From contig CAIKNP010000007.1 in the NCBI GenBank assembly GCA_903828785.1, forward strand, positions 1,629 through 65,628: DNA of 64,000 nucleotides, given 5' to 3'. Positions 48,162 to 56,069 of this stretch are shown here, piece by piece. The DNA comes from an uncultured Actinomycetes bacterium (GTDB lineage: Bacteria; Actinomycetota; Acidimicrobiia; Acidimicrobiales; RAAP-2). How positions within the stretch are numbered: position 1 is the stretch's first letter; every line of letters starts with the position of its first letter. The position numbers and the translations under genes are program-made. Below the pieces are notes generated by a model. The model was not told the DNA's origin and made no database searches. It worked only from the letters and a program-made list of their open reading frames with translations.

Positions 48162-48726
48162 GAGCGAAGAGCGCTTTTCCGTCGACGTAATAACGCCAAC
48201 CGGTATAGACCGTCATCACGACGGCAATCCAAATCGTGATCTCGGCGAAGACGAGGTGGGAATTGAAATAGGGCAACACGCAAAAGGCGATGGCCCAATC
48301 CTGCACGAAGGTCTTCCACTTAGCGATCTTCACCGCCGGAATCGATATGCCCACCTTGGCCGCTTTCGAGCGGTGCACGCTCATCCAGGCTTCGCGCAAA
48401 GTGATGATGATGGCCGGAACGATAAAGAAGTTCAAGTGGTGAGGATGGGTCAGGATAAGGGCGTAGAGCCCACCGAGAACCAGGATTTTGTCCGCGAGGG
48501 GGTCGAGGTACGCACCCGACGTGGTCGTGCCGTGGCGACGAGCCACGATACCGTCAAAGTAATCCGAGGCGGCGGCCAAGAAGCCAATGAGTATCGTCCA
48601 CCACGACGTGCGGTGGTAAATCAGCAAATACATGAACACCGGCGAAACGCCTAAGCGGAAAAAGGTCATGAGATTGGCCGGCGTCAGCAACGCCGTATCG
48701 CCGTAGACCCGCTCGCCCTTGGTCAC
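48151..48726 (-). CDS. pgsA: CDP-diacylglycerol--glycerol-3-phosphate 3-phosphatidyltransferase
   Basis: It has the CDP-alcohol phosphatidyltransferase motif DYFDGIVARRHGTTTSGAYLDPLADK. Confidence 0.85.
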   Translation of the reverse strand: MTKGERVYGDTALLTPANLMTFFRLGVSPVFMYLLIYHRTSWWTILIGFLAAASDYFDGIVARRHGTTTSGAYLDPLADKILVLGGLYALILTHPHHLNFFIVPAIIITLREAWMSVHRSKAAKVGISIPAVKIAKWKTFVQDWAIAFCVLPYFNSHLVFAEITIWIAVVMTVYTGWRYYVDGKALFARAR

Positions 48727-50027
48727 AGGGTTCGACCTTCTAAGTCAGTTCCGTGGCTCGCCATAATCTCCACGTTATAGAACTCGCCGACCTCGAGTGC
48801 TGCATCAACCATGACTATGCCGTCAATTTCGGGGCATTCGCGAACGCTACGGGCGCTCCCGGGAGCGTCAACCAACACGCGCTGCGTCGTGCCGACCAGC
48901 GCGTCACGTCGTCGAGCACTTATGGCGTCTTGCAATTCCGAGACTTCGCGTAAACGCTCCAGGGCCAACTCGTGGGGCACGTGACCCTCGAGCGAATTGG
49001 CGAAGGTTCCTTCCTCGTTCGAGAAAGTGAAGAATCCAGCCCAGTCGAGCTGGGCCGCTTCGATGAACGCGAGCAACTCACGCTGATCCTCTTCCGTTTC
49101 GCCGGGGTACCCGAGAATGAACGAGGAGCGAAAAGTGGCATCTGCTTCGACCGCACGGATAGCGGCAATGCGCTCGAGGAAGCGGTCGCCATCGCCCCAG
49201 CGGCGCATTGCCCGAAGCATGGGTCGCGAAGCGTGTTGCAGCGAGAGGTCGAAGTAGGGAACGCCGGTGGCGAGAATTGTTTCAATCAATCCGCTGGTCA
49301 AACCCGAGGGGTAGAGGTAGAGCAAGCGAACGCGTTCCACTTCGTCACTGAGCGCCTTGGTTAGTTCGATGAGCGGCTGGGTACCACCCTCGTCGAGTAC
49401 CTCCACCGCCTCGCCAAGGGCGGCCCGGCGACGGTCGTGGCCCCAACTCGCCAGGTCCTGCGCAATGAGAACGAGTTCCTTGGCGCCTCCAGCGGTCAGT
49501 TCCCGAGCTTCTTTGAGAATTTCCACCGTGGAGCGTGAGCGTTGGTCGCCACGGAAAGTCGGGATGGCACAAAAACCGCAGCGGCGATCGCAGCCTTCGG
49601 CGATCTTGACGTAGGCCCAGGGGGCCCGCGAGGCGGGTCGCGGCAGATTTAGAAGGTCAAAGTCGTTTCGAGGTTTTCGGCCCAGCGCCACCGGCGTCGC
49701 GGGTGCCAGGGCGGTCAAACTTTCGTTAAAGCCCGCCACCAGGTCCACCTCGGGAAGGGCGTCGGCGAGTTCCTGCCCGTAGCGTTCCGCCATGCAACCG
49801 GTGACCACTAATCGGGCCCCCGCCTGCTTCTGGTCCGCCAATTCGAGGACCGTCTCAATCGATTCTTCGCGGGCGGCTTCAATAAAGGCGCAGGTATTGG
49901 CCACGACCAAGTCGGCGTCACCCGCGGAGTCGGCCAGCGAGTAACCCTGGGAGACGAGAAGGCCCGCCAATTTGTCAGAGTCGACGTGGTTCTTCGGGCA
50001 GCCCAGCGTCTCAATCCAGTAGCGCAC
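48723..50027 (-). CDS. rimO: Ribosomal protein S12 methylthiotransferase RimO (radical SAM MTTase)
   Basis: It has ETLGCPKNHVDSD, the radical-SAM motif CDRRCGFC and a C-terminal TRAM-like region. GTG 50027 sits 5-6 nt after the strong SD AAGGAGA. The listed TTG 50042 is less likely. Confidence 0.75.
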   Translation of the reverse strand: MRYWIETLGCPKNHVDSDKLAGLLVSQGYSLADSAGDADLVVANTCAFIEAAREESIETVLELADQKQAGARLVVTGCMAERYGQELADALPEVDLVAGFNESLTALAPATPVALGRKPRNDFDLLNLPRPASRAPWAYVKIAEGCDRRCGFCAIPTFRGDQRSRSTVEILKEARELTAGGAKELVLIAQDLASWGHDRRRAALGEAVEVLDEGGTQPLIELTKALSDEVERVRLLYLYPSGLTSGLIETILATGVPYFDLSLQHASRPMLRAMRRWGDGDRFLERIAAIRAVEADATFRSSFILGYPGETEEDQRELLAFIEAAQLDWAGFFTFSNEEGTFANSLEGHVPHELALERLREVSELQDAISARRRDALVGTTQRVLVDAPGSARSVRECPEIDGIVMVDAALEVGEFYNVEIMASHGTDLEGRTL

Positions 50028-50048
50028 GGCTCTCCTTAACAAACGTCA

Positions 50049-50074
50049 ACACCGAGCGCTGTAGCGCTCGGTGT
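50049..50074 (-). terminator. 11-bp stem hairpin (ACACCGAGCGC-tgta-GCGCTCGGTGT) 2 nt downstream of tRNA-Ser
   Basis: The perfect inverted repeat is read directly. On the minus strand it is followed by a moderately T-rich tract (TGACGTTTGTT). Its function as a terminator or processing signal is inferred. Confidence 0.45.
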
Positions 50075-50076
50075 CT

Positions 50077-50170
50077 TGGCGGAGAGGGAGGGATTCGAAC
50101 CCTCGGGCCCACTTTCGCAGGCCGCATTCTTAGCAGGAATGTGGTTTAAACCGTACTCACCCACCTCTCC
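50077..50170 (-). tRNA. tRNA-Ser (anticodon GCU), 94 nt, CCA encoded
   Basis: Folded by hand. The acceptor stem is GGAGAGG/CCTCTCC, with a 3-bp D stem. The anticodon stem is CATTC/GAATG with loop CTGCTAA. There is a long variable arm with a GAAA loop, and the T arm is GAGGG-TTCGAAT-CCCTC. The discriminator is G, followed by CCA. Confidence 0.95.
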
Positions 50171-50180
50171 AAGCCTTCAC

Positions 50181-50210
50181 ATCTTACCCATTGGCAACAA
50201 TGCCTCACAA
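50181..50210 (-). promoter_or_regulatory. Candidate sigma-70-type promoter for tRNA-Ser
   Basis: On the minus strand: TTGTGA, an 18-nt spacer, then TAAGAT, ending 10 nt before the mature tRNA 5-prime end. This is a motif match only. Confidence 0.3.
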
Positions 50211-50391
50211 CTGCAGCACAAAAATCGTCAAAGCTCGATAAACGGCAGACGAAAACTCGTGTGCGGTGGTCCCATTAAGAGTCCCCGTCTACGCCCTTCC
50301 GGAGGCTCGTGGCTGAAGATCCCTTGGAGCCAGCGCGCGGTTCCGTGTCCCGATCGAGCGGGTAGGTCGGTGAATCAGGTGTGATGAATGG

Positions 50392-51531
50392 TCAAGACGT
50401 TCGCTCCATCAAGAGCGCGGCGGCCCTGAGGCGGTCGCGCACGAGATCGCTTTCGCCCGCCAGCAATGTATCGGGCGAAAGGTAGATCGTTTCGTGAACC
50501 CGCACGACCGCAATCCGAGGACTGTCGTTCCACAAAGTGGCCTCGACCTGCTCAGCGCGAGCGATACTTGCGAATGTCAGGCCAAGTCGGGGGACGGGCT
50601 GTCCGGCCTCGTTGCTGTCCTCGCGGTGAAGCGAAATCCCTTCCAGATCACCAAAGTCATTCATCCACTGATCCACCGTGCGACGCCAATTGCGAGCGTC
50701 GGCGTCGTGATCGCGCGCGAGATAGAGCTCAAGCGCAGCCACCAAGCCACAAATTTCCTCCTTGCCCACCTTCATTGGACGCGCCAGTCGCTGGAAGGGA
50801 GCGGCGTTGAGCCGGGCCGCCTCAATCAAGTCGGCCCGACCCAGCAGCAAGCCACTGGCCTGAGGACCCGCGAGACCCTTGCCACCACTGAAGGTCACTA
50901 CATCCGCCCCGCAGCCCTGGGTGTAGTTCCAGAGATTAGAGACGGGGGGCAGCTGGGCGGCGGCGTCCACAATCACGGGGACGCCCTTGGCGTGAGCAAT
51001 AGCGACGGTCTCTTCGAGCGAGAGTGTCGTTTGAGGCAAATGACTACCAGCCACCCAGAACACCGCAGCCGTCGTGTCGTCTATGGCGGCCTCAAGTTCC
51101 CAGGCAAAGGTCTGCAAGACGTTACCCACTTCAACGATGCGAGCGCCGGCTAGCTCAATCGCTCGGTCGTAGGGGATGCGGTGAGCGCGGTGCATCACCA
51201 CGTTTCGAGCGAGGGTGTTGTCGTGGTGCACTTTGGCAATACGTTCAGGGCGACCGTCGGTTATTGCGGCGAGGACACCCAGCACGATGGCCGTGGCGCA
51301 GCCCGAGGTGACCAGACCAGCTTCATTTCGTGTCAGCGCCGCCACTCGACGACCAGCGGCGAGATGAAGTTCTTCCATGGAAACGCAGGACTTCGACGCG
51401 TCGGCCATCGCCGCGACCACGGCTGGGGGCAGGGCCACTCCGCCGAGGGCCGTATAGGTTGTGGCGGCGTTGACCACGCGAGGAATACCCAGGTGACCAA
51501 AGATGTCGTCAGGAATGCCTTGCGCCGTCAC
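50392..51531 (-). CDS. SelA-like PLP-dependent enzyme (L-seryl-tRNA(Sec) selenium transferase-related / DgaE-like)
   Basis: It has VTFSGGKGLAGPQASGLLLG (the PLP-Lys loop of the SelA family). There is no SelA N-terminal tRNA-binding domain. The start is placed at the GTG 7 nt after the SD AAGGAG. Confidence 0.7.
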   Translation of the reverse strand: MTAQGIPDDIFGHLGIPRVVNAATTYTALGGVALPPAVVAAMADASKSCVSMEELHLAAGRRVAALTRNEAGLVTSGCATAIVLGVLAAITDGRPERIAKVHHDNTLARNVVMHRAHRIPYDRAIELAGARIVEVGNVLQTFAWELEAAIDDTTAAVFWVAGSHLPQTTLSLEETVAIAHAKGVPVIVDAAAQLPPVSNLWNYTQGCGADVVTFSGGKGLAGPQASGLLLGRADLIEAARLNAAPFQRLARPMKVGKEEICGLVAALELYLARDHDADARNWRRTVDQWMNDFGDLEGISLHREDSNEAGQPVPRLGLTFASIARAEQVEATLWNDSPRIAVVRVHETIYLSPDTLLAGESDLVRDRLRAAALLMERTS

Positions 51532-51649
51532 GGCCAATCTCCTTGCTCGTCGTCGTTGGCAACTTTACGACCTAGCGAGAACAGTGAGAGAAAGAGTCGC
51601 TGGCGGCGTTGTACACTCGGAAATCATCAATCTGCTGAAGGGATGCATT

Positions 51650-52525
51650 GTGCGCATTATCCGACTCCCACTCGCTGGAGCTCTCGTAGCGACGGTTCTC
51701 GTGTTGACTCCTGCTTCGAACGCGCTGGCGACGTCCGCGCCGACGCTGGCGCAGTGCCAAAGCACAATCAACTCGCTGGAGTACCACCCCGGCACCCTGA
51801 CCGCCGCTACCGACCTCACCAACGGTGTGTACGAACCATGGTTCGTCAACAACAAGCCCAGCAATGGCCAGGGTTACGAGGCCGCGGTGGTCTACGGTGT
51901 CGCCAAAGAGCTGGGCATCACGGCCAGTCACGTCAACTGGGTGGCCGAGCCCTTCGACGCGAGCTACACCCCCGGGTTCAAACACTTCGACTTCGACATC
52001 AACGAGATCTCCTACACCGCGGAGCGGGCGAAGGCCGTTTCCTTCTCGACGAGTTACTACAACGTCACGCAGTCCATCGTGACCTTGAAGACCTCCAAGA
52101 TGGTCAAGGCCCACTCGCCCAGCGAGCTCAAGACCTACCTCTACGGGGACCAAATTGGTACCACGGGTTTGAGTTACATCCAGAACTACATCAAGCCCAC
52201 CCGCGCCGCGCGCGTGTACCCCACCTTGCAGGGTGCGCTCACCGCTTTGGCCGTTGGCCAAATTGACGCCGTCGTGCTCGACACGCCCGATGGGCAGTAC
52301 GCGGCCAGCGCGGAAGTAACCAACGCCCAGAAGAAGCTGATCGCCACGCAGATCGGCCAGTTCCCCTCCACCGGTGAGCACTACGGGATGCTCTTCGCGA
52401 AGAACAGCAAGATGGTGGCTTGCGTCAACACCGCCATTCAAGCCCTCGCAGCGAACGGCACGCTGGCCGCCCTACAAAAGAAGTGGCTCAGTATCTACAA
52501 CGCCGTTCCCAGCATCCGGCCCTAA
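51650..52525 (+). CDS. Amino-acid ABC transporter substrate-binding protein (family 3)
   Basis: The GTG start follows the SD GAAGGGA. It has a signal peptide (LVLTPASNALA) and a periplasmic-binding family-3-like body (FDFDINEISYTAERAK). Confidence 0.8.
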   Translation: MRIIRLPLAGALVATVLVLTPASNALATSAPTLAQCQSTINSLEYHPGTLTAATDLTNGVYEPWFVNNKPSNGQGYEAAVVYGVAKELGITASHVNWVAEPFDASYTPGFKHFDFDINEISYTAERAKAVSFSTSYYNVTQSIVTLKTSKMVKAHSPSELKTYLYGDQIGTTGLSYIQNYIKPTRAARVYPTLQGALTALAVGQIDAVVLDTPDGQYAASAEVTNAQKKLIATQIGQFPSTGEHYGMLFAKNSKMVACVNTAIQALAANGTLAALQKKWLSIYNAVPSIRP

Positions 52526-52528
52526 ATC

Positions 52529-53413
52529 GTGTCGCAGCGGACCGACGCCCCGTCGTCGGCGCCCCAACTCTTTTCATCGAGGCGGCGACTGCATCTGTCA
52601 CCGCGATACTCGCGCGTGGCGAGTCTGGCCTCGACGGTGGTGGTCCTGGGACTTTTCGTGGCCGCCACCTTCTTCGCCCCCGGGGGCGTACAGTTTCGGC
52701 ACTTCTTTTTCGACCCTCACCAGATGTGGGCATCCCTACTAGGCAACAACCGGGGATTGGCTTCGGTGGGCAAGGGAATCTGGACCAACATCTGGATGTT
52801 CTGTCTCTGTGAAGTTCTGGTACTCATCCTGGGCTTGCTCCTCGCATGGGTGCGCATCACCACTTCGGCGATCCTCGCGCCCCTCCGCATGCTGGCGACC
52901 GTCTATACGGACGTCTTCCGAGGCATCCCCATCCTGCTGGTTTTCATCATCGTGGGCTTCGGACTTTCTGAATTAAACATTGGCTGGATATCGCAGCAGA
53001 ACCCACCCTTTTACGGCTGTATGGCCATCACCATTACCTACACTGCGTACGTCGCCGAGGTGTATCGCGCCGGGTTGCATTCTGTTCCGAACGGACAAAT
53101 CTTGGCGGCGCGCTCACTGGGGCTCAGCGAGGCCACCACCATGCGTCGAGTCATCTTGCCCCAGGCCATACGAACGGTGATTCCACCTTTACTTAACGAC
53201 TTCATTTCCATGCAAAAAGACACGGCCTTGGTTTCCATTCTGGGAATCACCGAAGCCGTACAGAGCGCGCAGATCAACGCGGCGCAATCCTTTAATGACT
53301 CGGGACTGGTGGTCGCCGCTCTGCTTTTTCTCTGCATGACCATCCCGCTCACCCGCTTCACCGACGGACTCATTGACCGCGACCGAGCGCGCCGACTGGT
53401 GGCGGCCCGATGA
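52529..53413 (+). CDS. Amino-acid ABC transporter permease (HisM/GlnP type)
   Basis: It has the EAA-type loop ARSLGLSEATTMRRVILPQA and 5-6 helices. Confidence 0.85.
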   Translation: MSQRTDAPSSAPQLFSSRRRLHLSPRYSRVASLASTVVVLGLFVAATFFAPGGVQFRHFFFDPHQMWASLLGNNRGLASVGKGIWTNIWMFCLCEVLVLILGLLLAWVRITTSAILAPLRMLATVYTDVFRGIPILLVFIIVGFGLSELNIGWISQQNPPFYGCMAITITYTAYVAEVYRAGLHSVPNGQILAARSLGLSEATTMRRVILPQAIRTVIPPLLNDFISMQKDTALVSILGITEAVQSAQINAAQSFNDSGLVVAALLFLCMTIPLTRFTDGLIDRDRARRLVAAR

Positions 53414-54144
53414 ACGTTCTCACGCTCGATGGAGTTGTCAAGCGATTTGGCAGTCTCGAGGTCCTGAAGGGAGTGTCACTCACCCTTGATCGTCACGACG
53501 TCGTTTGCCTTATTGGTGCCTCGGGGTCGGGCAAATCCACGCTGCTGCGCTGCGCCAATCTCCTCGAGAGCATCGGCGGGGGAGACATCGCTCTCTTCGG
53601 ACAGTCCTTACTCGACCCCCGCATTGATCCCGATTTAGTACGACGCAATATCGCCATGGTCTTTCAATCGTTCAACCTCTTCCCTCACCTCAACGTGGTG
53701 CAAAACGTCATGCTCGGTCCCGTCTACGCCCTCAAGCGACCAGCCGAAGAAGTGCGTAGCGAGGCGATGCTCCTGCTCGAGCGCATTGGCCTGCGCGACC
53801 GTGCGGAAGAATATCCCGATCGCCTCTCGGGTGGCCAGCAGCAGCGCGTCGCCATTGTGCGATCTCTCGCTATGCAGCCCTCGCTCTTGCTCCTCGACGA
53901 GGTGACCAGCGCCCTCGACCCCACCTTGGTGGGCGAAGTCCTCGACCTCCTGCGCGAGTTAGCCGCCGAGGGGACCACCATGCTCCTGGCCACGCACGAA
54001 ATGGGCTTCGCTCGAGACGTGGCCACCAAAGTGGTCTTTCTGGATCAGGGCGTCATCGTGGAGCAGGGTAGCCCGAGTCACATGTTTGACACTCCCACGC
54101 AGGCGGCGACGCAAGCATTCTTGGCGCGGGTGCGACCGAACTAG
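53410..54144 (+). CDS. Amino-acid ABC transporter ATP-binding protein
   Basis: It has GASGSGKSTLLR, LSGGQQQRVAI and LLLDEVTSALD, and an ATGA overlap with the permease gene. Confidence 0.9.
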   Translation: MNVLTLDGVVKRFGSLEVLKGVSLTLDRHDVVCLIGASGSGKSTLLRCANLLESIGGGDIALFGQSLLDPRIDPDLVRRNIAMVFQSFNLFPHLNVVQNVMLGPVYALKRPAEEVRSEAMLLLERIGLRDRAEEYPDRLSGGQQQRVAIVRSLAMQPSLLLLDEVTSALDPTLVGEVLDLLRELAAEGTTMLLATHEMGFARDVATKVVFLDQGVIVEQGSPSHMFDTPTQAATQAFLARVRPN

Positions 54145-54596
54145 GAAGCGAGGGGCTGCACCTCGGGCATGACGACAACTAAGTCAAAGAGTTCCTGGTC
54201 ACGCTCCCAGGTCAAGTGCTCGCGCACCTCCCCCAAGGGAAGCCAGACCAGTTCATCGACTTCGCTGTTCGACACGAAGTTCCCACTGATTACCGTCATC
54301 AGGTAGTAGGCCACAATCTTGGGACGACCTTTTCGGTGCGTGTAATTCGTGGCCCCGATAAAGCGGGCAATGGCGCAGCGATGGTTGATTTCTTCTTCCA
54401 CTTCGCGAAGCGCCCCCTGTTCGAAGGTCTCACCTTCGTCAAGTTTGCCCTTAGGAAAGGTCCAATCGCCTCTGGCCTCACGGTAAATGCAGGCCACTTC
54501 AACGTCACCCGATGCAGTGCGGCGAATAACGACACCACCGGCGGCCCGCGTGAGATCGCTGGGCGCGTCGTGAGGGATTATCAATTCACCGGTCAT
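54141..54596 (-). CDS. NUDIX hydrolase
   Basis: It has the Nudix box GKLDEGETFEQGALREVEEEI. Confidence 0.85.
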   Translation of the reverse strand: MTGELIIPHDAPSDLTRAAGGVVIRRTASGDVEVACIYREARGDWTFPKGKLDEGETFEQGALREVEEEINHRCAIARFIGATNYTHRKGRPKIVAYYLMTVISGNFVSNSEVDELVWLPLGEVREHLTWERDQELFDLVVVMPEVQPLAS

Positions 54597-54637
54597 TACT
54601 AGTACGTCGCTAACGCTAGAGGAAGTGTCCCCACATT

Positions 54638-54672
54638 AACCCTGCGTGCCCCACACAGCTTGCAGGGTTTTT
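54638..54672 (+). promoter_or_regulatory. Terminator-like hairpin (AACCCTGC - 16 nt - GCAGGGTT followed by TTT) 15 nt upstream of the tauE-like start
   Basis: The inverted repeat and T-run are read directly. No plus-strand gene lies upstream, so it is a leader element rather than an operon terminator. Confidence 0.4.
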
Positions 54673-54686
54673 CCTAGAGTGGAGAG

Positions 54687-55451
54687 ATGTTCGCCGCCAC
54701 CTCCCCGATCTGGCGAGTTCTCGTGGAACTCTTGGCAGGTATCGCGGCGGGCATTGCCAACGGCATCGCTGGCGGCGGGACTTTTTTGGCCTTCCCGTCC
54801 CTGTTGGCCGTGGGCATCCCCTCACTCGCGGCCAACGTTTCGACCTGCGTCGGCTTAACGCCGAGCTATATCGGGGGGATCAGCGGTTACCGCAAGGAAA
54901 TCACTCAACAGCGCGCCCTCCTGCGAACGCTGGGCCCCGCCTGCGTCCTCGGGGCGGTCACGGGCTGCCTCCTGCTCGTCAGTTTCCCTTCCGCGACCTT
55001 TCGATCTATTCTCCCCTGGCTCATTGCCAGCGGCACGGCCCTCTTCGCCGCCGCACCCCTGATCACTCGGCGCATCGCCCACATTGACTCCAACCACCCG
55101 GCCCGACGAATCTCCTTGGTGACGGGAACCTTTCTCATCGCAATTTACGGGGGATACTTCGGGGCTGGTATGGGTATTTTGCTTATGGCGCTGATGGCCG
55201 TGACTCTGCCATTCGAGATTGCCACCATGCAGGGGCTGCGCAACATCTTGTCCACCTTCATCAATGTCGCAGCGGCCATTGTCTTCCTCCTGGGCGGTCA
55301 CGTCGTCCTCCACGCCGCGTTAGGGCTCTTCGCCGGCTGTCTGCTGGGCGGGATTATCGGCACGAAGTTACTCAAACGACTCTCGCCGAACAGCGTGCGC
55401 GTCATCGTCATTCTCTTTGGTGTCGCTACGTCCATTCGTCTCTTCTGGTGA
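54687..55451 (+). CDS. TauE/SafE-family sulfite/organosulfonate exporter-like membrane protein
   Basis: 254 aa with 7-8 helices and the GIAAGIANGIAGGGTFLAFPSLL motif. Confidence 0.75.
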   Translation: MFAATSPIWRVLVELLAGIAAGIANGIAGGGTFLAFPSLLAVGIPSLAANVSTCVGLTPSYIGGISGYRKEITQQRALLRTLGPACVLGAVTGCLLLVSFPSATFRSILPWLIASGTALFAAAPLITRRIAHIDSNHPARRISLVTGTFLIAIYGGYFGAGMGILLMALMAVTLPFEIATMQGLRNILSTFINVAAAIVFLLGGHVVLHAALGLFAGCLLGGIIGTKLLKRLSPNSVRVIVILFGVATSIRLFW

Positions 55452-55996
55452 GTTCGTCCTTCGGGACAACTAACCTACGGGGGGTGAAGCGCTTCTTTTC
55501 ATTTCCCAATCCGGTCAACGACGCGGCCGCGCGAAGTGTCGCCATTGGCGTCGTCACCATGGCCACCATCGCCCTGGTGAGTGGCCAAGGATGGGTGCTC
55601 ATTCCCCTCACCTACGGCTTTCTCGCCCGAGTTGCCACTGGACCAACAATGTCCCCGCTGGGTCAGTTCGCGGTGCGGGTCGCGGCACCACGTTTGAAAA
55701 AGTGGGAAAAGTTCGTGCCGGGTCCGCCTAAGCGCTTCGCCCAAACTATTGGACTGGCCTTTTGCATCGTCACTGATTGGGTCACTCTCAGCTCGGGGTT
55801 CGGCACGGCGAAGTGGATTTTGGTGCCGCTCATCATTGCGGCCAGCCTCGAAGGCTTTGCCGGCTTTTGCGTTGGTTGCACCATCTTCGGATGGGGAATT
55901 CGCGCCGGCTGGGTACCCGAAAGCGTCTGCCTCGAATGCGGCGACCTACGCGCCCGTTACGCCGCCAGTGGGCACCCCAACGATACGTCGGCCTAA
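55448..55996 (+). CDS. DUF4395-family membrane protein with two CxxC motifs
   Basis: It has a GTGA overlap with tauE. FPNPVNDAAARSVA and the C-terminal CVGC ... CLEC pattern fit what I recall of DUF4395. Confidence 0.6.
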   Translation: MSSSFGTTNLRGVKRFFSFPNPVNDAAARSVAIGVVTMATIALVSGQGWVLIPLTYGFLARVATGPTMSPLGQFAVRVAAPRLKKWEKFVPGPPKRFAQTIGLAFCIVTDWVTLSSGFGTAKWILVPLIIAASLEGFAGFCVGCTIFGWGIRAGWVPESVCLECGDLRARYAASGHPNDTSA

Positions 55997-56069
55997 GCGT
56001 CCCCTGGCACCTCGCAACATTTAAAAAGCCGTGAGCCAAGTTGACTCATTTCTTCCTAGTCTGGTAGGT

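Noticed and set aside
50076-50384. 102-aa plus-strand ORF.
   Set aside because: Its first third is the reverse complement of tRNA-Ser. The rest lies in a spacer with atypical codon usage.
56031-56069. TTGACT ... TAGGTA promoter-like hexamers in front of the S53 gene, suggesting a leaderless transcript.
   Set aside because: The -10-like hexamer overlaps the ATG at 56070, so the geometry does not work for that start codon. I left it unannotated.
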